In this document: in pieces, positions 12,701 through 23,792 of the stretch
Layout of the letters: each line of letters opens with the position of its first letter
Numbering within the stretch: the stretch's first letter is position 1
NCBI GenBank assembly: GCA_000934665.2
Contig: JYFJ02000635.1
Location: 62,001 to 118,290, forward strand
Source of the DNA: Catajapyx aquilonaris
Taxonomy: Eukaryota
DNA length: 56,290 bases
Reading direction: 5' to 3'
The notes under the pieces: model-generated
Told to the model about the DNA's origin: nothing
The model's input: the letters and a program-made list of their open reading frames with translations, nothing else
Database searches by the model: none
Program-made: the position numbers and the translations under genes

Positions 12701-12999
12701 GTGAGGATTCCAGTTGTAAAGCACACAATACACAATGGCTGAGGTCAAGACAAGCCGGGTTTCCACTGCCCAATAACAGTTAGATGACTTGCTCGAACAA
12801 TTATTCTGACCTTTTTTTTCTCTCTCTCATTCTCTATAAAGAGTATATCCCCCTCTACTTACCTCTGGTTGTAATATTTTGGTGGCCACGTCGACACATG
12901 ATAAATAGCCGTAATTGAACCCTTCTCGAGACAACTCCGACACCCTAATACATACTATATATCCCTGGGCTTGTCAAACCAGAATTTCGTGGCGATCAT

Positions 13000-15035
13000 T
13001 TTGATCGGAGGCGACAAAGGTCCAGGTTTACATGAAGAATTAGCTGAGGGCTAATAGAATACACCCGACAAGCATTCTGGGTGGCAGCAATGCATTCATG
13101 ACATGTTGTTGCAAGTTCGGTCAATTGCTAGTGGGGGTCAAGGTTGGATGTTTGTGACCAAAAGCTGATTGTACCGGTCTTATTCCGGTCCACTTTCGCC
13201 CAGCACGTTATGGGAATATTTTGCTAAGCATGACATAATGCGGTCTGCACTCAGCTCGTAATGGATGTGAAGTGCACTGCAATACTTTTTCTTGGTGTCA
13301 TGCATGGCCCATTTGTCAATGCACTAATTTCTGGCAAATACTTCTCATGAGAAATGGACAAGTGTCAGAAATAACGCAACAACTGGTTGCATTATGTGTC
13401 AATAAACATCGGGATAAGTTGGTCATTAGGGCTTCTGGAAGTGAAATAAAAAAGAAGCCACAAAAACATAGGGTGGAGGCAAATGAGTATCTAGCTGTGG
13501 GGCTCAAATAAGCCGGAATTTACAGCGCCAAATCAGTCGTAATGATGGTGAAGTGAAAGCTTCCACGATGAGCATCACAGCCATTGGCACCCAAATCTAG
13601 GTTTATTGCAGAAAGGAAGACGTCAAAGATCAGCAGGCTTGCACTTAATGACTAAACCGGAGCATCAAGCAGTAAATTAATGTCGGCCATAGTGTCACGC
13701 CGCCTAACGCTTTTTCCCGCCAAAAATAACGAACGCAACGCCGCCAAGCATCTGCTTTCATGCTCTGTAACGGTATTGTCCAGAACATTGACAGAATTTT
13801 TTTCATCCACAATTTTGACCATATGGCACTTGTAATTGCGCGCAATTCCTGCATCATGTTCCCTCATTGTGTAGCTGCGAACGGTCGTGTGGAATTCAAG
13901 ACGTCGCGCCAGTGTCGCGTATCGCTCGTTAGCTTCCATTTTTGGGCGCCAGGGTGTGCTCCAGATAGTCCGAAAGGAGCGTTTAGAAGTGAACGAACTC
14001 GGTACCAATCATTATTTGGAGGACGTGATTGCAGAGTTATGCTAGAAGCTTTTGCAAAAGGTCGACTGCTGCCATGCAAGAAATGCTTTCAAGGCTTTGT
14101 TAAGTGGCGGGTGAGCTTCGTGTCACGAGTGACGTGACTCAACTTAGAGCCGATGCAGTTGTGCTCGAATAGGCGCCTATTTGGGCGCACGTGAACCGAT
14201 TTATTACTAGCGGAATAACCGCCCAATTTGTGCATATCAAATGACTTATGCTTGCAAAACGAAGATGATCAGCACATTTTTTGTACACGTTAGATAAGCT
14301 CTTTTCAAACGAACATTCATAGCATTGAGTACCCGGACATGCATCAGGGTCAACGACTGAATATTGTGACCTGTCCAAAGACGATGACAAATCGGTCAAC
14401 ACGACATCTCACCCACACAGGAAGAGTGTATACATGCGCAGATATATTCGCTTCTCTTTATCCCATCCTTCTTGAGATAGGCACCCCCCACGAAAGAAGA
14501 AAAAAAATTGGTTCCTTAAAAGCAACGAGGAGACGATTCATCAAAGCAAAGAGTCTCGCGTAACATATTACAAGTGGGCAGCAGTACGGATTGGAGCGTC
14601 ACTCACCAGCAGGATACAAATGGTGTGACCAAAAAAAGATGGCGGATGTCAAATTCGCTGGACCACATCCCAGAAAATGGAGGCTCTTTGAAGGCCCCAT
14701 GGCTTTTTTGTCCCTTTTCCACTTGAGCGCCGTTGCTTGAAATTTTATTACCTGGTCACCTATTTTATCTGTTGGTTATGCTGGATAAGGTGTGACAGGC
14801 TCTTTACCAGTGTCTGCAGGATTTATGTGCAGTGCGTTTGACCCTACGATATGCTTTTCTGCCACTCGGTGTGGTATGTGGGTTGCCTGCACCACAGGTT
14901 AGAAAGAGTTGAGGAACTGCTGCACACATTTCCATATTGTGGGTTTGTGGTTAATATTGTAATACAACAACGTCCTTCTGCAATCATGACCATGACTGTA
15001 CGAAGGCACATTTTTCTGGATATCAAGGTTTAGTC
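13000..15035 (-). pseudogene. Possible decayed coding relic (TE or endogenous viral element), unidentified
   Basis: Low-homopolymer stretch with several protein-like minus-strand frames broken by stops and frameshifts: 13652-14008, 14139-14402, and a frame from about 15033 reading LNLDIQKNVPSYSHGHDCRRTLLYYNINHKPTIWKCVQQFLNSF*PVVQATHIPHRVAEKHIVGSNALHINP. No motif recognised; boundaries approximate. Confidence 0.3.
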
Positions 15036-16140
15036 GTTGAATGTCAAATGCATGTATTCGCGTAAGGGAACGACCTAATGAGTCAACAAGTACTCGATCT
15101 TGCTGTGAAAATGGTATGATTCATTTGGAGGGGTTTCTCAAACTGCAACTGCTGTAATAAGCCCAGGTATGTCCTCCACGTAACTCTGGTTTGGGAATAA
15201 TAGTGGCCTTTTAAATCTTCGCAATTGCCATGTGCACATCATATAATTATGTATGATACAAAAGCTTGAACGATTTTTTAAACGATAACTTAAAGATATG
15301 CGTAGTTGAGTTTCTGTTCTTGATATAATGGAGCTTTATTTCTAAGAATAATCAAAATTGCAACAATAAACGGTTACAAAATGATAGGCTGCAGAGCATT
15401 TTTTCCAAGAAGGCACTGACGCGCATAATGGTTATTTTTTGTGCTCATGTTCAGTGTAAACGAATTTGATGAAACTCGAAATATTATTCGCACGCCAGAC
15501 ATTTTAACTAATGTCAGATTAGTTATGTGTTGATTGTCCCAATATTGAAAGATAATATTGGACCTGCGTCTGGAGTTCTCATTATTATAGCTACTGGAGT
15601 TTACCTGTCCCAATGTCTCGTCCAATAATAAATATTGGAGTTAGCTGCAGTATATGGTGACATAAATTAACTTCTCGTGCAATTATTGTGAGTACAGTAG
15701 GGATAACGGTACTATACATACACCAGGTTTTTACAACGCTGTGTAATAGTCGGATACATGATGTGCATGTACATTCATGTGCACATTCTGAGCCTGATGT
15801 GCATGAACAATGAATGTAACGTACAAGCCTTTCAGTCACGATAAAACAACCGTAACAACCTATGCTGCTCATTGCAGAAATTTACCTGAACATAGGGTTG
15901 GACTAATTTGTTCAGTACATATTAACTCCCCAATTAACCTGGTTTTGAAGTATAATTTGGCTCATGCTAATGAAGTGTTTCAAATTGAGAAAGCATACTG
16001 AGGAGTCCAGCCTTAACACAGTCACCCATTTGAGGTTATTGCCCATTTGGCGTGTCGGACACATCTCTCGGATGTTAGACACACTAATCGGCCATCTGAA
16101 AAGCGATTCTTTCAGCAGAAGTTTTTCTTCTTCTCCTCCT

Positions 16141-16177
16141 TCTCTCTCTCTCTCTCTCTCTCGCCCCCCCCCCCCCC
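16141..16177 (+). repeat. (TC)n microsatellite followed by a poly-C run
   Basis: About 11 TC units followed by a C-run next to an ambiguous base. Confidence 0.9.
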
Positions 16178-17171
16178 NCACATTTACCTTTTCCCTTTTT
16201 TTATGATTGTCACGGTCTCATGAAGATGGTATGGCTTTCGGCGTTTCAACAACAGATGGCGAGAAGCTGTTGAGTTTGTACGCCAGCGGGCGCCATTTGC
16301 CCCAGGTTGAAAGAGCAATGGCTTCTAAAAGGAAGTAAGACCGGCTGGCCCGTACCCTCACAAAAAAAATTAAAAGCAGAAAAAAAATCAAGGACGAGAG
16401 TGCATTAGTGGGACTCACAGATTTACATGAAGTCCATTTGACAATCTGACCTTCACAAAGTGACATAATCTGAGTGCAATGACACTCCGCCATTTTGTGG
16501 GGAGGCTGGAGAGTAGAGATGGGGATGAGGACCTATTATAAGATAGGTGCCATATCAGGGTAACAGGGTTGATTGGCCACGGGGCCTAGAGTGGCAGGTG
16601 GCTTTATACCAGAGGGGAAGGGGTGGGTGGATAGGGGAGGCTGAAGTTCGTCCTTGCGGCGGCCTTGCCCATTGTCGTGGCCTGGAGGGTACTTTTGTGG
16701 TTCCAACCAATCGGCAGGCCGCAGGTGAAAAAGGAAGGACAAAAAACGTGCCGCCGACATACCGGAAGCAGTTGGATGGGAGGGGTAAAGAATAAGACGA
16801 GGAATTTTTCCAGGCCATTGTTGCCAATTGGTTGCAATTATTCGCATTGCTTATGGAGTGAATCTGCTGGTTTGATGGTTGGTCGGCCGACTGTTACTTC
16901 TTGGAAAAGGAGCTACCTCTACCTGCAACATAATAATATTCGAGGTTCTTTCTTGTCGAGCATTAGCACACCGGCTCGTAGGTTTAATCAACCTCAGGTG
17001 AAGCTGAGGCGGAATTGACTTTCATACTGTACTAGCATGATAAGTCAGTGAATCCTTGCTCTCATTGAAGCACATTATGGCATCGTTTCTGATGTTAGAG
17101 GGTAGATTTATCGTCTTACTGTTACTTACCCATTTTGCTTGACAAGTAGGGTCTATTACTCTATTGTTTTA

Positions 17172-17268
17172 ATTTGAACCCTTTGAAATGGACGTAGAAA
17201 TAAACAAAATAATTGCTGTCGCAACAATTATTTTGTTTTTTTCTACGTCCATTTAAAAGGGTTCAAAT
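17172..17268. repeat. 97-nt near-perfect hairpin (47-bp arms, 3-nt loop)
   Basis: atttgaaccctttgaaatggacgtagaaataaacaaaataattgctg-tcg-caacaattattttgtttttttctacgtccatttaaaagggttcaaat; 3 mismatches. Confidence 0.92.
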
Positions 17269-18093
17269 CTACTACTTTGAAATGCCTTCTCAGTGCTCAG
17301 TTCTCTCCCATAAAATGAACTTCTGTGTAATGAGTCATATAATGTTGTATCACAAATTATCCAAGAGCATTTTATACTATTAAATGCTCTTGGATCAAGT
17401 GAAATAATATTATAATATATTACTGATGGATGTAGCATATTAGAGAAGTTCGCCCTCTTCGCAGGATCGGAGGCCTTGACACTTTACAGTAAAACACGTA
17501 CCAATTTGAATTTTTTTGAATATTTTCCGTTTCAGTACCGTAGCCGGCTATGAGAAGCAAGACTGATTTCACCTGGGTTATTTTCAAACTCAAAACACCC
17601 AGAGGCAAGTTCTGGGCAGCAGGACCTGGTAAAAGTCGGCTCGTTTTTAAAAATTCGGGGATCCAGAGTTTGATAATAAAAATCTTTCCAAGCTTCTGGC
17701 ATCGGTACTGACATGATTGTAACCCATTGGCCTATTACTGTACTCTATAAATCAGCCTCATGAAGGAGTCGAATCTTGGTCTCAGCTTTTCCAGGTCAAA
17801 CAATAATGCAATATCGCCGGCAACTGATTCTGTCCATGCAAGTGATAAAATTGCTTCACGTCATAGGCGTGCGCCGTAGTTGTTGTTTTATTCGGCATAA
17901 TCGGTACAAATTCATGTCCTAATTCGGTAAACGGGACATAAATGCGAACATGCGGTGCCTCATGCGTTGAAAAAAAAGCAACGGTAAACAGTCCAACAAC
18001 GCATAATTATTATGCAACATCATATATGCAACAGTTTAAAAAAAAAAAACTTCGTTGTGTTTCATTCCCAATATGCCTTCGTGCCCCCCGGGT

Positions 18094-18205
18094 TTAAACC
18101 CAGATATTGTCGTCTGGACGAATCAGTCCATGTTGTCTCATCGATAGCTTCAGCTCCCAGGACGTTTGATCAGTTCCCGCAACCGCTGGCTCACAGTGCT
18201 TCGTC
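18094..18205 (-). CDS. Candidate terminal exon of the small minus-strand gene
   Basis: Minus-strand acceptor ttttcgatttttgtccacAG|G. Read after a phase-2 intron it gives TKHCEPAVAGTDQTSWELKLSMRQHGLIRPDDNIWV* (stop 18094-18096). It would need a weak phase-2 donor in the preceding exon (GG|gtacag or CG|gtattc). Confidence 0.35.
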
Positions 18206-18653
18206 CTGTGGACAAAAATCGAAAATTAAAATGTTCCATAGTGAGTTAGTAGGCTTTCCATATTAACAAATGAACCTTGGACAACTGCCCTATGCCATTA
18301 CCCCATTGAATAAATTGGTCAATAGGTCAGTGCAATGGCCTTATTCCAGAGAGTTTTCCCATTTGCACAATTCACCTTACCAAGTCGTAAGTATAGTCTC
18401 TTGTGCCAAACGTGTCACATACTGCCGAAAATAACACGTATTGAACATCGACTATGGAATACACAGGCCAAGATATGTACCGTAAGATATCTTACAATCG
18501 TAACATTTTGTTATTTCATCTGTTCATTTTTTCGTAATTATGTTACATGATATATACGGTACTGTACATATTATACTGATGTTTTTCAGTGGGTAATGGA
18601 TAATGAAGGATGGTTTGGCCAAAGTTCATAAATTGCATACAAAAAGTACTATG

Positions 18654-18939
18654 TTATTGCAATGAATACCGGTATTGAGTAATTATTTTAGTCCGGCGTC
18701 TTCCCAGGCTGTACCCGCTCGCAGCACTGTGCGCTGGTCCCAACACATCCGTTGTTGGGTCGGTTTGGGTGGGTGACTCGGTCACCTGCAGCTTGGAGAG
18801 CTGCTCCATGTCTGCCTGAAATACTTCATCAGTACGTGGGTCCTCTTCCGAGTCCAACCTCTTCTCAGTGACATGTGAGCTCGAAACCCTGTTCTGGCCT
18901 CGCAGTCGCCTCACGAACATCCGGAAGGCTTTTATAGGC
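18654..18939 (-). CDS. Second coding exon of a small unknown minus-strand gene (..PIKAFRMFVRRLRGQNRVSSSHVTEKRLDSEEDPRTDEVFQADMEQLSKLQVTESPTQTDP..)
   Basis: Acceptor ctcattttttcattAG at 18941-18940. The first base G completes CG|G (Arg) from the upstream exon and keeps the frame of ORF 18654-18920. The 3' end is either the TAA at 18654 or an internal donor. Confidence 0.65.
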
Positions 18940-19169
18940 CTAATGAAAAAATGAGATGATCTATTAAAGTGTTAAATTTTGTGAACATCATCACAAGCCT
19001 TTCATTGTTATAGTAACATTGTTGACGATTGTGACGCCAAGACTATTCCAAGGATAAAATAATACAATGCATTTTGCAGTGGTTTGATTCATTCAGTCAA
19101 GCAGTAGACTGCGTGACATCTGACAGTGAGATACCCTGCCTATGAGCAAGACTGCAGTTCCGGACTTAC

Positions 19170-19282
19170 CGCCACATTTTGGAACGTTTCTTCTTTGCCT
19201 TGCCCTCATCTTTGGGGGCCTCAGTTGCCTGTGGCCTTCCTTGAATTACTTCTGCTTCTTCTCCCGCCTCCGAATTGTTCAT
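19170..19282 (-). CDS. First coding exon of a small unknown minus-strand gene (MNNSEAGEEAEVIQGRPQATEAPKDEGKAKKKRSKMW-R)
   Basis: ATG at 19282. Ends at a consensus donor CG|GTAAGT (19169-19164). The 230-nt intron 19169-18940 joins in frame to the next exon. The start codon is uncertain because the frame is open up to 19483. Confidence 0.65.
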
Positions 19283-19418
19283 TGCAGATGACTTTTGGTC
19301 AATTACTCTTGTTACAGGAGCGATGTAAACGGACACAGAGCAAACACCCTCTTTTTTTGCCAAATGAGTCCGTCCGGCACATGTAAACAACAGGGTTGCC
19401 AATAGATCAACAATGTTA

Positions 19419-19553
19419 CAGTGCGGAAAACGAAACGGCAATCTGACGCCATCGTGTCTTACATTGTTCTTTTTTGTTGACATTATTTACTCATACTGTG
19501 TATTTCCATGGAAACCTTGATGACGTCAGATCGCCGTTTCGTTTTCCGCCCTG
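19419..19553. mobile_element. Tc1/mariner-type MITE, 135 bp, 35-bp TIRs, TA TSD
   Basis: TA|CAGTGCGGAAAACGAAACGGCAATCTGACGCCATC (19417-19453) versus GATGACGTCAGATCGCCGTTTCGTTTTCCGCCCTG|TA (19519-19555); 3 mismatches in 37 bp including the TA. Confidence 0.85.
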
Positions 19554-20103
19554 TACTTCACAAGATACATCACCACCGCCTCCTCTCCCTCTCATTCTTA
19601 TGGTGGACGATAGTGTCAGATAAGAGGAATAGTGGAAAGCCTGAGACGACACAGATATGCGCCGATCGGCGTCGACAAGTCAACGGGAAAAATGATTGGA
19701 CTGTAATTTGACTCGACGACAGCATAGTCTTCGGAGGTTTTCTTTGAAATAGTTTGCAAAGTTTTGCGGTACAGTATACGTATAATAAGTACCTTGCGTC
19801 TCTTTAGCTTATAGAAATGACTTCGTCGCGTCTGTTTTATTATTTATTTATTAATAAATCTATTTATTATTCCGTGACGCGATAAAAGGACACCAGAGGG
19901 CTATTTTGTCAAGGACGGGGAAAAAATCCAGCCTGCCTTTAATTCAACACGCCAAGAGTAGATTTAATGAGGGATTATGTTATGAGTACAGTCGAGTGAG
20001 GGTAAAAAGAGGTTGTGTCACACTTACAGGTGCAAGTTTGTTTATTTCTGCTGCAATTTGAAAACCAATGACAACTCATAATTGGCCCAAAAATAGGATT
20101 TAA

Positions 20104-20602
20104 GGCGGCGCAGTAGCAAAAATATATGGTAACAATGAAGCCCTTGGCGACGACCTAAACAAACTTGCTTATGCATGGCCAGCATATGGGGATTCGACAT
20201 GTCTATACATTTCTCTGGACGTACGGCCGCAAAAATGGTTCAATCGACACAGAAATTGCACCCAAAAAATACTGCATGATCTGGCGCAGGTGCCCTAGGT
20301 CGTCTTTTTACCATTTGCGGCCTAAAAGTGACATTTAAGGCGAGTTGAAGTGAGTGGAAAACGACGCTTTCGAAAAGTCCATTTGAATAATATGGCGGCA
20401 GAAATCGATTGAAAATCGGATACATTTCTGTGGACCTATGTCCACAATTTTAATGAAATCATGTCGAGTATGCTATCATTGTAATGGCCAAACCTTTGCG
20501 CAGGTGCCCTAGGTCGTGTTTTTCCAGATTAACGTCGCGTTTCGCCACAAAAAATAAAGTTGTCTCAAAAATGCGCCTACCGTATTTTTACTACTGCGCC
20601 GC
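20104..20602. mobile_element. ~500-bp TIR element at a TTAA site (Kolobok-like), right tip lost
   Basis: TTAA|GGCGGCGCAGTAGCAAAAATATATGGTA versus TACCGTATTTTTACTACTGCGCCGC (20578-20602). Internal 20-bp direct repeat gcgcaggtgccctaggtcgt at 20284 and 20498. Family inferred only from the TTAA flank and purine-purine terminus. Confidence 0.75.
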
Positions 20603-20745
20603 GATTTGACGAGCGAAATCTTCGCCGAGGCTGAACAACCCAAGCATGAACCCAAGTAACCAATATTGTTTGAGGCGAAAATCGATTGTTAATTTCAGCC
20701 TCGGCGAAGATTTCGCTCGTCAAATCGCTCACATGTAAACGCACC
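20601..20745. mobile_element. Small MITE with a perfect 35-bp inverted repeat, left tip lost
   Basis: gcgatttgacgagcgaaatcttcgccgaggctgaa (20601-20635) is the exact reverse complement of 20694-20728. The right side continues tcacatgtaaacgcacct then ttaa, a terminus resembling PIF/Harbinger- or Kolobok-type ends (AGGTGCGTTTACATG on the minus strand). Confidence 0.8.
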
Positions 20746-21066
20746 TTTAAACTCTCAATTCTTACGCCGACAAAAGTTTGGTTTGAATAGTGAAATATAT
20801 CATCACCATCAAGCTTTGGTGTTCTAAGAAAGCACTGGTACTTCGTACTTGTTAAAGAAACACTTACTTACTTTCATGAACAGTTACATACTCTGTACAC
20901 TACTGTATAGAGGGGCTATTATTTTCGTATCAACAAAATAATAATGTACCAACTTCCACTTCTTGAAAAAGGATGAACTGACATCTGCAGGGTTGCTGAA
21001 AACTAACAAGTAGGGGGTGTAGTTGATGAAGTAAATCCTGCAACAGGGTGAGTCATACATTTACTA

Positions 21067-21113
21067 TAATAATAATAATAATAATAATAATGATAATAAT
21101 AATAATAATAATA

Positions 21114-21156
<43 letters not shown>
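21067..21156. repeat. Head-to-head microsatellite (TAA)16(TTA)14 forming an AT-rich palindrome
   Basis: 16 TAA units (one is TGA at 21091) from 21067-21114 directly abut 14 TTA units at 21115-21156, with no spacer. Confidence 0.95.
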
Positions 21157-21158
<2 letters not shown>

Positions 21159-23697
21159 AATAATTATAAATAATAATACGGTAGTCCTTGTAATGAGTAG
21201 AAGCTGACATTTGAGTCTGATCCGGGTATATAGCCATACTTTTGCAACAAAGGTGACAAATGCAATGTCTTCTCATGCATAGTTGGTGCCGCTTTGCCGG
21301 GAGTGTGTCACAATGGCAATGCCGCATATACATAGAAGCAGGTGTAAGGAAATGGATCCGGTGGGCTGCTTTTGGGGCGGGGGAAGCACATACTCCCACC
21401 CCTGATACTTTTCAAGCAAGGGGCAGCTGTGGTCAGTGTGAGAACTAATCTTGTGAGCTATAAGTACGCTGTTTTGTCAGGGCTGCTTTATAAGGTACAG
21501 TAATATGTTTTTCATATAGAATTAAATATTTTTGGGGGGTGTGACATGAGGGCAGTATCAATATGAAGTCACATTGCATATTAAACAATAACTTGTTCAA
21601 GTTTTATTCAAGTTGATGCATCGTCATTTACGAAAAGCCATCTGGAAGTGGCCTCAATTCCTTATTAATCTAGTCGCCATATTTGGCATACAAATTGACA
21701 TTTGTCTAAATCACCAAATCGGGTCAAATTTTGACACCCTGCGGCACTGTTGTCCCCCCCCCCCCCCCCCCCCNTTTGGCCCCAATGAACACACCCCACA
21801 CCTTCTCACAACAACAAAAAAAAAAAACTCGCCCTATATCCCTACATGTGTCGAACCCCCAAATATGGCTGCCCCTAATGCATGGCCATCCATTTTTGGG
21901 GCAATGTTTAGCAATCGGAGAGCTTTTTTGATCCGAGGCCCGTAGGTTACAGTTACATGTCAAGATTATTCTCTTTCCCGGTTTTGTTAAAAGGACTTGC
22001 TGCTTCTCATGCTCTCCGTTACATAGCATTAAAGGATCATGCGAGTAATGAGAGTCTGCCATTGATTTTCGCATGGTGATGGGAGGGCTCGGATCACGTT
22101 AGGCCTGGTGCTTTTCGGCAAGGTGTACGCGCCTTTAGAGCATTGTCGTGCGCTAGGATTCCAATTTTGGGACACAAATTGTTGAGCCCCTCAAGCCACA
22201 CCAATTTCTGACTTTCACAACGTTTTTCGAGTTTTTTGAGAGGGTAAATTTGAATAGTTGCAGGGCAGTGGGTTAAACACGGGGCCCTTATTTTTCGCGT
22301 GTGCTGTCGTTGATCATGGTGATTAACTTACTGGCCCGAATAGCCGCTTTTTTGTTAGGTCACTGGCCAAATAAATGATTCAGGAAGACCTATAACTACT
22401 GCTTGTGCAATTAATATAAAAACGGATTCAAACGAATTATACCCACGCTTCATTTTGGCGCCATTCACCCACTGTGGCAGCCTAATGAATACGGGGTTCA
22501 AAGGCCATCAATTTCTTCACATGGTTTGGGGCCTTCCCGCCCATCATTACTTGTCTATAATTGGTGGCTGGGCCAGCTTCATTAATGAATGTGGATGATT
22601 TTGTCCAATCCATAACTGGGCAGTTTCTGTCGCAATGTTGACTCGAAGTTTTATGGACTCTACCTCCCCCTTCATCCCCATACCCCTCCCGGCGGCATTT
22701 TACTTCGGACTGGTGGTCATAAAGTCATGCAGCATGGCATTTAAAACGCTGTGCCCATTACCACCAGTATTTCTTCCTATGTAATTGGAGGGAGCTGCAG
22801 GTCAATTTCGCAGATAAAAAAAATTATCAATTAGCGAATTTCGAATGGCTCTGGAACTTTTTTGTTCCTGTAACCCAGCCCTTTGGCATTTCACGGTTCA
22901 GTACTCTGAGTCTGAATATGTTACATGTCCAATTATTAATCACGACCGAGTCCCGGTGTGCAATTTGGAGGGTCAGGGTTTATGTAACTGCTTATAAATA
23001 ACTTTTAAAATGATCAGTGTCCGCCATTTTGTTTCCCAGGGGCCTTCATTTGAAGCGGGTAACTCCTGGTGAGTTAGGCGTGGCTGCTGGTGGGTTTTGA
23101 TAGTCCTCTCTTTTGGTCTGGTGTGAGTGAGGCCCAAGTCTCTCGAAGCCATCCTCTTGCTGCTTCTTCCCGTCTCTCTTGTTCTCTCGCTCTCTCTGCC
23201 GGGGCTGAAAAACCAGTATGCCCTTGAGCCTCACAGCGTGGAAGAATTCATGCTCTGCCCCGTTTTTTTATTTTTTATTTTCTCTCTCACAACTTACCCT
23301 TTGATGCCAACTGACTCTAAGAACTCGCATACACCTACAGAAGTCGATTTGAACCCGTACAAGATGATTTTAGCAAAGGCGGGCTCGTCCAGAGTTTGAG
23401 GCTGTCGAAGAAGACATGGATGACAGGCCTGGACCGCGAATTTAAAGACCGGACCAACTTGGGGAGAACCCAGACATCTTTTTTTTTTACCTGAAGGAGG
23501 AGGTGAGGTGATTTTCTTTCCACATGCAAGGCCAGCCAAGGTTCAAGCCACGCCGAAGAGTGGTGTTGGTAGTGGCTGGCTCCTCTTCCAGTGTGAAAAG
23601 AGACGGGATTGCTACTTCTTCGGAAGACTGTTTAGGATGTGTGCGGTGTGTGTGTACGATGGTCACTGTGGAGTGAGGTGAAAAAAGGACGGACAGC

Positions 23698-23792
23698 ATG
23701 GCGTCCTCTCAAGACAGGAAGGGCTTCGTGTTTCTCAAGTCGAAACGGGCTTATCGACGACCAGTTTGGTCTCCGAGTTACACAAGGAACGA
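23698..23792 (+). CDS. Candidate first coding exon (MASSQDRKGFVFLKSKRAYRRPVWSPSYTRN-E) of the large + strand gene
   Basis: Good Kozak context AGCATGG, an open frame, and a consensus donor GA|GTGAGT (23793) in phase 2, matching the phase-2 acceptor at 47955. Too short for the ORF track. Confidence 0.5.

Noticed and set aside
14851..15033. WYVG..RL..EE and FLDIKV resembling Penelope motifs on +
   Set aside because: The motifs are in the wrong order and too short; the minus strand looks more coding-like here.
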